Shown here one piece after another: positions 22,701-36,291 of a stretch of DNA of 39,109 nucleotides. Origin of the DNA: Basidiobolus ranarum. Taxonomy: Eukaryota. Made by a program: the position numbers and the translations under genes. Location of the stretch: positions 1-39,109 of the forward strand of contig JASJQH010000044.1 of NCBI GenBank assembly GCA_040143965.1, in the 5' to 3' direction. The notes beneath the pieces were generated by a model. The model ran no database searches. It had not been told where the DNA came from and saw only the letters and a program-made list of their open reading frames with translations. Every line of letters starts with the position of its first letter. Position 1 is the stretch's first letter.

Positions 22701-24818
22701 TTAGAAGATAAGGATTACTTACGATAGAGGAACAATAATCAAAAATGGGCCATTTTGATGTTTTTTCTCAATAAGATAAGTAATAAGTGATAGTGTTTGG
22801 ATGGTTTTGCCAAGTCCCATCTCATCGGCGAGAATTCCATTCAGACGATTATTGTACAAAGATACCATCCACTGGAGTCCTTTAATCTATAAGCAGCATT
22901 AATAAAAGCCAATATATTGCCTATCCTCTGACTCTAATACCTGATATTCTTTCAGCTTGCCACCAATAAGTATTGAAGGTTGCTCCACTTCTTCGTGAAT
23001 CTTATGGGCAATGGCAAAGTAATCTATTTTCGATACCTTTCCGTATATGTTAGCTCGTCATCCTATGATCACGGACATAAATATTGCAACTTACATCGGT
23101 TTCTTCGTCACTAATTTGATCCATAAGCTCCTCGCCTCCGCGCGTCGAAGGGTCATAATGTAAGGTATCGGATTGTTGGATTTGCACTGCCATGGCCAAG
23201 TCTCCTAAATAAGAATCCGTTTGTTTCAGCAAATGAGTAATACGGGTGTCTTTAGTCTGGTCAATAAGCTTCAAGTACGCTTCTTCGTCATCAGCCTAGC
23301 AATATATGTTTGAATGTGTGTGTCTTCAATAAAAAAACTCTTCGATGAACTCTCACCTTAAGTGCCTTCAAACGCTCCTTGGAGACTCTTTCAATCCGCT
23401 TTTGCTCCTCTCGCTCTGCATACGAATGATACTGTAGTACAGCCCTTCCTAGGCGAGTTTGTTTAGCCTGCTGAGTGCGATGCCATTGCAGTAATTCGCG
23501 ACCATGAGTAATAATGCTTTGTAGGCGATTATAATGACTTTGTTTCTCTCGGCGCTCACGGTCAATCCTCTGTTGTAGTTCCAATTTCTCCATGACTCTA
23601 GCCTCACGAAACGCTTGCTTCTTAGTACGTTTGAATGCAGATCGATCAGCCGAAGTTTCAAGTGTAGTGGTTTTCTTCATTCCATCCATGATTTCCCCTC
23701 TGAGCTATACGAGAAATATTCTTGAATATCCAAATGCAACTTGGTAAAATTTTAACTAGCACACAATACCTTCTTTTGCCTTTCTAGTAAACGTAAGGCT
23801 TTTAACTCGATCAGGGCTTTTATTTTTGAATTGGCATTTGCTCCATTGAGAGTGGATTTTTCTTGCAGCATATCGCCCCTTAATCTTCCAAAACATTCAT
23901 TTGAAAGATTACTTGGTAGACTTTCAAGCTCATTAATTCTATATTGTATGCGATTTCTAATTTTATCTTGGCGAATTTTCAGTACAGAAAACGAATCTAA
24001 TGCATTCAAAATTTTCTCTTCCATCTTGGACGATTTGGTTTCAACGTCGATTGCTGCTTCCTGAACATTCACATCCTTAGGATCACTTTCTTTTTTCATG
24101 TTCACGAATAAGACCTTGCGTAAATTGTCGGGCAAAGGTAAATTTTTCGATAACAATTTGTAAGCATATATTTGATATTTTAAAGCCGTCAGTTGTTCTT
24201 GCGAGAATATAGGGGGTGTTTTGGGCAAATTGATAGGAACAACGGGTGAAGAGGGCGGCACTGGCACCTTTGAACTTGCTATTTGTGAGGTCGAAGGTAC
24301 GGTATGTTCACTTAGTTGGTCACCAGATTGAGGATCATTCATCACTAAAATTATATCCCTGCATATTAGTAATTGGTTTTGAAATAAAGTAAACCTTGCA
24401 AAATACAAACGTTGAGTAGAAGGAAGTTGCGGTGTTAGCAACTGTGGTGATGCCTCAGCAACTTTATTCAAACGGATTAGATTCTGAGCAGATAATTCCT
24501 GTTGCATTCCTAAAGTAGGGGTAGATTGGTTGACAATTGGATTCTGACAGTTTTGTTGCATCTTCGAATGAAAACGGATTATTTGCATCAACTGAGCGTA
24601 TTCAGCGTTAGTCGCTTCAGTTGCTCCCATTTCTTTCAAACTCTTGATTTTCTTATTTATAAAAGGAAAAAACTTTTTAGTCCCTTAAGCAAAACAAGTA
24701 TGAATAGTGAATTTACCATGATAATTGCTCGTAATTTTTCGGAGGTCATAGTAGGATTTTGTGAAAACGACCTCTCAGATGGTTTCTGTGATACATGAGG
24801 CGGACTTGTTGGATTCAT
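19717..24818 (-). CDS. SNF2: SWI/SNF-RSC chromatin-remodelling ATPase (SNF2/STH1/Snf21, BRG1-like): QLQ, HSA, SNF2_N, helicase C, SnAC, bromodomain; many introns
   Basis: QLQ ([19 protein letters not shown]), HSA region, [60 protein letters not shown] and bromodomain ([12 protein letters not shown]). Start ATG 24818 (MNPTSPPH) and last exon ...LLDEDSEIE* (TAA 19717-19719) are inferred from splice sites. Confidence 0.93.
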
Positions 24819-25302
24819 TATGCCTCAGATCAGAAGGTTCAAAGAGTATCAAGAAAAGTACAATCCAAAAAGGTAGCTACTCTCACTTAAACGAATCACA
24901 ATATAACAACCAAAAATAAATTACTTATCGCGAGTAATTTACGCGAACTAATATACAACTCGCGATCCAAACAAATCTCCCTATAATATAGGATTAAATT
25001 ACTGTAGTCATTGGATGCGAATGATGTCCAAGTCTATAATTTATCTAGAATAATATCGAATTCGGTAATAATAGCCTAAAAAATTGCTTCCTCTACCAAA
25101 TCACTGATCGGATATTAAATCCTCAATTGACCTGATAAATCTTTACCGAATGTTTATCATCATTATCTGCACAATAAAGGAAGTAGATTACATGAACCAA
25201 GTTTTGAAAAACGTTAAGACTATAATTACACCCATCAATAATATGAGATTCGATTTATTTATCTTATAAAAGGTTAGAGATGGACTTATACAATCCGTCG
25301 AA

Positions 25303-26115
25303 TTAGTATTCACGAGAGTATTGTTTGCCGTTTTCTTATTGACGACCAGCTCCGGAACCATAACGGTTGCGGGGGAATTCTTCATTATCGTTACGTTGGC
25401 CAGCTCCACGGCCATAACGGCGGTTGCGGGGATATTCTTCATCATCTTCATATTGACGGCCTGAGCCACGGCCATAGCGGCGGTTGCGAGGATATTCCTC
25501 ATCATCTTCATATTGACGGCCTGAACCACGGCCATAACGGCGGTTGCGAGGATATTCATCATCATCTTCGTATTGACGGCCTGAACCGCGTCCATAACGG
25601 CGGTTACGAGGATATTCCTCATCATCTTCGTATTGGCGACCTGAACCACGGCCATAACGGCGGTTTCGAGGATATTCTTCATCATCATCCTATTGACGCC
25701 CCGATCCACCTCCTTATCTGCGGTTGCGAGGATATTCTTCATCATCCTCATATTGACGGCCTGAACCGCGTCCATAACGGCGGTTACGAGGATATTCCTC
25801 ATCATCTTCGTATTGGCGACCTGAACCACGTCCATAACGGCGGTTGCGAGGATATTCTTCATTATCGTTATGCTGGTGGCTTGAACCACGACCATAACGG
25901 CGGTTGCGAGGATATTCCTCATCATCTTCGAATTGACGACCTGATCCGCGACCATAGCGACGATTACGAGGATATTCATCTTGGTCACCGAATCGGTTGT
26001 TGTTGCCAGAGTGATGTCCATTGCGTTCATTTCTTCTATTCAAACCTTTCTCGTGTTTATCGTCATGATGGTGACGACTATGGTGGTTAGAGAACGAAGA
26101 TTTTGAGAAAGTCAT
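25303..26115 (-). CDS. Tandem-repeat, highly charged low-complexity protein (20-aa unit EEYPRNRRYGRGSGRQYEDD), interrupted by in-frame stops; possible pseudogene or assembly error
   Basis: ATG 26115 with a TATATATA element at about 26173-26181. The frame continues in register through the whole array, but has TAA at 25714-16, TAG at 25690-92 and TAA at 25336-38, with a further TAA at 25303-05. Variation between units is mostly synonymous in this frame. Confidence 0.6.
25336..25980 (-). repeat. Coding tandem repeat (minisatellite), 60-bp unit, about 10 full copies plus one partial
   Basis: Near-identical consecutive 60-nt lines from 25381 to 25980. Confidence 0.97.
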
Positions 26116-26979
26116 GGTTTGATAGGTAAGATACAGAATGTTGGACTGTCTAATAAGCTGGGAATCTTCAAGTATATATATTAGGCATGAGATAGCCCTG
26201 AGATGTCGTAACTCCTAAGCCACCGCAATATTTTGAGAGTATGTTTTTCGTAATTTCAACAAAATATTACAAATATCACATTATTTGACATCAAAACGCT
26301 ACTAAGCCACTCCAGTAGCGCATTCCCATTCACTTTAATTAACAAAGAGGTTTTGAGATTTATAATTTATCTTGTATTAGAGCTCTGATAGTATCAACGA
26401 TAAGCGGTATATAATTAATCATTTATCTCATTTATATTAAGCAGTTTTAGATTTATTCATGCAGAGTGAACCATCTTCTGAAACCGTTAGTGCAAGTGAT
26501 ATTCCTAGATGAACACCTAAGAATATACCAATGCTACAATGTGATGTTTCATCGTAGAACTATAGTGAAGTTTCAACCTAATAGGCTAAGTTTATGAATG
26601 ACTTCGTACGTAATGAGCCCGTTGTTTTCCTGATCGGTGACTACGTATACATGTACATATTAAAGTGTATAACTCTAGTACTAGTACTAGTCTTAACCCT
26701 AACCCTTGAAAGCCATATTTTTACCTCTAAACCGATCACGGTTTTCTTGTTCTCCATTATTGACATATTTACATAAATATCCCTTAACTCATATTGATTT
26801 TCGCCCTTTTTAAGCTATATTGGCTCAAGGCTAATACACAATAAGCTGGAGATGGTTTAAATTTTAGCTCAGTGGCCAATCTTTGGGAATAGAATACTCT
26901 TATCCTCAATATAGATAGACCTAGATTTCAATAGTTCACTACGCGCTCCTGACATTAACAAATGGAATAGTTGCTTTCA

Positions 26980-27004
26980 ATATATATATATATGTATATA
27001 TATA
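26980..27004. repeat. (TA)n microsatellite with one interruption
   Basis: atatatatatatatgtatatatata read directly from the sequence. Confidence 0.8.
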
Positions 27005-27085
27005 GAAAATATTTAGTGTATCTACCATCGAGTTAGCTGTGTAAAATAGAACCACCGATATCGTTCAACTTCGAACGCACTTAGA

Positions 27086-30674
<3,589 letters not shown>

Positions 30675-31226
30675 CTCTCGCCAGTAGCTCCCCCGTCATT
30701 GATGTACTAATAGAGCATTTTACAAATTAGTATCCTACTAGAGCACACGCTGATGAGCAGTTCTTGCACTATTGTTTCTCATACTCCAGTTACTGCATAT
30801 TCTTGACCACAATTATCTATCTTCTTATGTTCATATTAGTTATTACTTAATAATTGCAAAATGAGTTTTAGAAATAAACCCATTGGATTCAACAATTCGC
30901 GACTCACCTTTCATCTACCACTCTTTGTAAACTGACTTCGGAATAATGAAAATCGAAAATCCAGGAACCTGGTAACGCTAGTATTTCGTTCATCTTTTGA
31001 CTAAAATAGACAAGTTAGTAACTATGTTGAGCATGAAACTGACTATTTAAACAATGGAGGGTAAAATTTTTCGATTTCCGAAGGATCAGTTACCCCTGTG
31101 CATTTGATTGGCAGACTTTGGAATGCCAGTCGACCTCAAAACCGATGAAGGTGCTCCTTGTAACGTTCTCTTTCCGTGTGGAGAATTCCCTCGTCTTTTG
31201 GACTTCATCTGCAGAAACATACCAAC

Positions 31227-31919
31227 ATGGTAAGTATAGTTATAGCCATATTTAGTGTCGGTTACTTGGTTAGAGTGATATAAGATGAGTAAAGTTGGAC
31301 TGGAAGAAACGTCCCATTAAAATATCAAATGAATAGCTATCGTACTTAATCAATCCATCCATCTCCACATATCGTACCAACTCTAAACTTACCGTTATAC
31401 TTTTTGAAGAAATAGCGTCGATTGAACTATGCCAATTTCTAATTAATTGTTATCGTGAATTTTCAGGCCGACAACGACGCTCAACAATCTACTGAACTCA
31501 AGAAGAAGAGAACTTTCCGTAAGTACTCTTATCGTGGAGTTGATCTCGAACAACTTTTGGACTTATCCAGTGAAAAATTCATGGAATTGGTCCACTGTCG
31601 TGCTCGCAGAAAGTTCAACCGCGGTCTTAAGCGCAAGCCTATGGGTCTTATCAAGAAGTTGAGAAAGGCCAAGACTGAATGCCCCGCTAACGAGAAGCCT
31701 GAGGTTGTCAAGACCCACCTTCGTAACATGATCATCGTTCCCGAAATGATCGGCTCCGTTGTTGGTGTTTACAACGGTAAGACTTTCAATCAAGTTGAAA
31801 TCAAGCCTGAAATGATCGGACATTATCTCGGTGAATTCTCCATCACCTACAAGCCCGTCAAGCACGGTCGTCCCGGTATTGGTGCTACCAACTCTTCCCG
31901 TTTCGTTCCTCTTAAGTAA
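31227..31919 (+). CDS. RPS15: 40S ribosomal protein S15 (uS19)
   Basis: First coding exon is ATG only (31227-31229), intron 31230-31466, then [27 protein letters not shown]...[14 protein letters not shown]...[18 protein letters not shown]. Confidence 0.97.
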
Positions 31920-32371
31920 ACTGCAAGTTATGTTTTTCAGACTGTATGCTGATGCATTTAAGCCAATAAATATAATAGTTGGATTTTACTGCAATCCTAG
32001 AATTATTAGTAAATTTTGTAATGCCTCCTAGTAAGGATCCTTTCATTAAAGCCACATGCACATTGGATAAAGATGTTGCTTTTATTTATTTAATCAGTTG
32101 CAGAGAATGTTCACTTTAATGACTACGAGAGAAACTAGGAAATGTGAAAGTCGATGAATACTCCTTCTAGGTCAACCATTAAACTATAAGAAAAAGAATG
32201 TAATATTCGGGAATTAGTGATCAATCAAAAGCTTTCGCAAACTACGAAAATTCTTTCTAGAAACCATCAAACTTGCTCAAAAATATATACGCACGTCGTA
32301 AAACCAATCAAAATAATATTCAACATGCAGAAATAATTACTGTATTCTGATATATACAGCGAGCAAGATAC

Positions 32372-34233
32372 TTATTTGTTGGAAACACCCAAGAGAACTG
32401 AATGTTGTCCACCAGCACCAACAGTAAGAATGCGAACATCGGCAATCTTTTGACCTTCGATCTTCATCGGTGTCTCAACATCCTCCTCAACTCCATTACC
32501 AAGAGCCAAACTTTCACCGAATCCCCAACTATAGGCATCACCGTTGGTGGCAAGGACTACATTGTGATTAGAGCCGCAGGATAAGAATTTGATTGCAGGT
32601 AGGCCAGGGATTTTAGTGGGTGTTCCGACTGCTTTTTTGTGGCTAGCCTCGTTTCCTTCCCCGTCTTGAGTGGCAAGATTGGCGGGAAGACCAAGCTGGC
32701 TAGAGTCAGAACGACCAAACCCATAAACCTCACCTGATTCAGTAAGGGCAAGAGAGTGATGTTCACCACCAATAATTTGTTGAATCTTCATGCCTTCAAG
32801 AGCTTCAATGATAGTTGGAGTAGGAACAATCTCTTCGTCTCCACCGTCTTCAGGCTCCAATCCACATTGATGGAAGTTATTTAGCCCCCAAGCAAATACA
32901 TGTCCATCTTGATCTATGGCAAAACTGTGATAAGATCCAGTACCAATTTTGACAATTTGCTTTAATCCAAGCTTCTCGGGTCTAAGACCGTTGATTTTTC
33001 TTCTTTCAATGATACGACGACCTAACTGGTTTTGTTGACCATTACCCCAACCATAAACATCACCAGTTGAAGTTAAAGCCAATACGTGATCAACACCTGC
33101 TGAAACGTCCACAATCTTAACCTTGGCCTTGACTAAAGGTTCAAGCAGAGTAAGAGTAGCTTGAACCTCTTGTCCTTTGGCAAAACCAAGAATACCTTCT
33201 GCAGACTAAAATTAAAATAATATAAATATCGTGAAAGGAGCAAATAAACAACTAAGGATTCCTTACGCGATATGTTCCACACGTATAGACTTTTCCTTCA
33301 TCAGACAAGGCAACAGTAACCGAATCACCGCAGGCAACTTTCACTATTTTGATGTCGTCCAAACCCTCCATAGCAGCAGGTTCATATTCATCGCCAGCTC
33401 GACCAAGTGCCTTCTGATCGTTACATCCCCAAGAATAAAGCTAACAACAAGGTATAAAAACAGATAAATAAGTAAGTCACTTTAAAAGGAGTAGATAAAA
33501 TGCATTAAAAAAGAGGTACCTTTCCATCCTTAGATAATGCAATATTGTGAAGACCTCCAACAAAAATATCCACAATGTTTTCATCAACTAGATCTTGAAG
33601 TGGCATCGGTTTTTTACGTTCAACCATATCCTCACCAAGGCCAAGTTGAGCACAATCACCAGTACCAATAACAAATACAGTGCCAACTTCAGCAGATGTA
33701 GTTGGGATGGCGTTTATCTCGGAAATCTTTCTACGTTTACCACTAGCAGTAGTTGTAGTGTTTTTTGTGGTTGAAGTTTTAGTGGGAGCAGTTTTTTCAC
33801 GCTTAGCAGGAGCTTGGGGTTTGGCAGGTGATGTGGGAGTTGTGGTGGCTGATGTGGTGTTTTTTCCGCGTTTTGGAGATTTATTATTGGTAGTAACAGG
33901 AGCGGTAGGTTTACTTTTACTTTTACTAGCATTTTTGGAAGCAACTACAGGTTCAACTTTAGGCTCACTTTTGGCAGCTACTGCGGTAGTCTCCGATTTG
34001 GCAGTAACGGTGGTAGTCTCAGTTTTGGCTACGTTTTTGGCAGCAACTACAGCAGTCTTGGTGTTTTTGCCAACTTTTTTAGAAACACCGCCTCCATTGG
34101 TGGAAGGAGTAGCCTTTTTCACTTCAATAACCTTGGGTTGAGTATTTTTGGGAGTTCCTAAAATATATTTGGTTAAAAACAGTAGATTGAAATAAAAAAG
34201 TCTTCAAAGAAACTGACTTCTTGAACGGGCCAT
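32372..34233 (-). CDS. RCC1: Ran guanine-nucleotide exchange factor RCC1 (Prp20/Pim1) with a long basic N-terminal tail; about 4 exons
   Basis: MARSR/RTPK... start via a short first exon, then GTGDCAQLGLG, GGLHN, WGCNDQKALGR, CGDSVT, WGNGQQNQLGRRIIERRKINGL, GSYHS, WGLNNFHQCG, GGEHHS and GAGGQHS. Confidence 0.9.
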
Positions 34234-34815
34234 GGCAACGGAAATTTATAAGATAGTAATATCAAAAAGAAATACGAGTAACATAGATATCCACGAAAAC
34301 TCGAACTTCTATCCTCCGCGTGATATTCATCCAGGTCGTGTTGATTTGATTCAATGGAAAAAAAGAAAAAAAGAGCTAATAAACGAAAATACAATTAAAT
34401 TTCAACATTAATTAGCGAAATCTACGTAGATAGAGAGCGCACACCCCAAAGATTACTGTAATTGAATACTACCTAGCTCATAGGAGCAATATCATTGAAG
34501 GCAAGATTGCTCATCATGGTCATTAAAACTCATACTGGTATTGACATCGTACATGCTAACTACGTGCCAACTGTTTGATCACTACAAGAATATCCAATCA
34601 CCACTTCCATACTGAACAAACGCGTTGGATGCGGGATGGACATTGCCCTTACTAAATGGAATCAAGATTGCATATAATAAGGTGAGCTTTATTGAAACTC
34701 ATCTCACAATAAATTTTCTCAAGTGGAGTTTATTAGGAAAGATTGGTCTATCAGTCAGTAAATAGAGCACATATTTATTCATATAGTAGACGTCGGAATT
34801 AGTTACAGGGTGTAT

Positions 34816-35145
34816 TTACTTTTTCATTGACTTGAATGTTTTCTTGCCATATAATATGTCAACATAATCCCTCTTTGGTGTTGCGCTTGCTTTCTCTGTC
34901 TGTTTTGTGGCTTTGTTTAGTTCGTTCATCTGGCTCATCTCGATATCCCCATCAAAGGGTTTCTTGTGCTTCAGAGTCTTAGCAATCTTACTAGCGGTAG
35001 CGTTCTTAACAACTTTCTTGCTGATACCACCGCTCTTTGATAATGTATCTTTTTTACTTGGAACTGGCTCTGATTCTTTAGTAATTTTAAGCACTTCCTT
35101 CTCCTTACGGTTGGGTCGTTTGAAAAATTTGGCAGATTTACCCAT
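34816..35145 (-). CDS. Small Lys-rich hypothetical protein (109 aa), possibly nuclear/nucleolar
   Basis: Intact ATG-to-stop ORF MGKSAKFFKRPNRKEK...KRDYVDILYGKKTFK; basic composition; divergent from RPL26. Confidence 0.65.
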   Translation of the reverse strand: MGKSAKFFKRPNRKEKEVLKITKESEPVPSKKDTLSKSGGISKKVVKNATASKIAKTLKHKKPFDGDIEMSQMNELNKATKQTEKASATPKRDYVDILYGKKTFKSMKK

Positions 35146-35457
35146 GTTCTAAAATATGACTTGACTTTGAGAAAGAAGGCGTTCTACAGAATCCACCACT
35201 TAAGAGCACTGTGAAAGATTAAAAAAAAACAACGCATATGCTTCAAGGTTGGACGTTTATTTTTCACGAAAATTTCCTTTTTTTACTCATGAATCTAGTA
35301 CAAAAAAGTAGAATGAACTAAAATACCAATCGATCTAAGATTGTCAAATACTTTCATATTTATCTTCCTTTCAATCACGTGATGTCGAAGATCGTCAAAT
35401 ATCAATGAATGCCGATAGACTCACTCTTCTCTCTCACGCATAGTTTTTGGGGTCAAA

Positions 35458-36029
35458 ATGAAGTTTAGCCAAGGTACTTTTTACCTTCATTTATACTGAA
35501 TCTTTAGTCTATAATCATCCATCCAACGATTCACATAAGAGAATGGACATGAGAACTTTACCAATGACTCTGACTTGGATAGATTAATTTTAACGAAGCG
35601 ACATGGACTAACCAAAGCCCCTTCCTATTTTATCTGTTCCTAGACGTTAGTTCCTCCCGTCGTAAGAGTCGTAAGGCTCACTTCGCTGCTCCTTCCAGCA
35701 TTCGTAGAAAGATCATGAGTGCTTCTCTCTCCAAAGAATTGAGAGAAAAGTACAACGCTCGCTCTGTTCCTGTTCGTAAGGATGACGAGGTTCTAGTTGT
35801 TCGTGGTACTTACAAAGGTCGTGAAGGAAAGATCGTTCAAGTCTATCGTAAGAAGTGGGTCATCCACATTGAACGTCTCACTCGTGAGAAAGTCAACGGT
35901 GCCACAACCGCCATCGGTGTCCACCCTTCTAAGGTTGTTGTCACCACTTTGAAGCTCGACAAAGATCGCAAGGCTCTTCTTGCACGTAAGGACCGTTCTA
36001 GCAAGACTTCTGATGCTATGGAGCAATAG
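35458..36029 (+). CDS. RPL26: 60S ribosomal protein L26 (uL24)
   Basis: Exon 1 35458-35473 (MKFSQ), intron 35474-35643, exon 2 [37 protein letters not shown]...[12 protein letters not shown]...HPSKVV. Confidence 0.97.
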
Positions 36030-36291
36030 ATGTTCTTCAATCGTTGACCTATTGATGATCAGATGTTTGAGCAAAAATAAAATTTCAAAGTATCAAAAAA
36101 TAAACCCATAATGTCGCTATTTTTGTACACCCCACACCCCTCAGTGGATTTTACTTTCCTAAATTATTACCTAATCCTGATTGGTAAATATTGTGTGGAG
36201 AAGTTTATTGACAAAGTAGGTGATTTTGAGCGTAATATATATGTAACTTCGAAATGGATGTGTATGATGGAGGTTACACTAGAAGAAACAA

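Noticed and set aside
25336-25980. CRISPR-like regular array
   Set aside because: No unique spacers, codon-structured variation, eukaryotic context and no cas genes.
25188-26030. 280-aa hydrophobic repeat ORF (MMKNILATAVMAVVQAVN)n, open across the whole array
   Set aside because: Unit-to-unit changes (CGC/CGT/CGA, GAG/GAA, TAT/TAC, GGN) are synonymous in the RRYG frame and non-synonymous in this one, so this is most likely a shadow frame. It is not formally excluded.
25303-26115. Genome-wide TAA/TAG-to-Tyr reassignment
   Set aside because: Conserved genes end at their expected positions with these codons (RPS15 TAA, RPL26 TAG), and no other gene in the window needs an internal stop recoded.
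26060-26115. Frameshifted signal peptide (FLKIFVL / TTIVVTIM) at the start of the repeat gene
   Set aside because: It needs several frameshifts, and hydrophobic shifted frames are an expected by-product of Ser/His/Asp codons.
31063-31073. RRPE-like AAAATTTTT upstream of RPS15
   Set aside because: Too common in AT-rich DNA to support without enrichment statistics.
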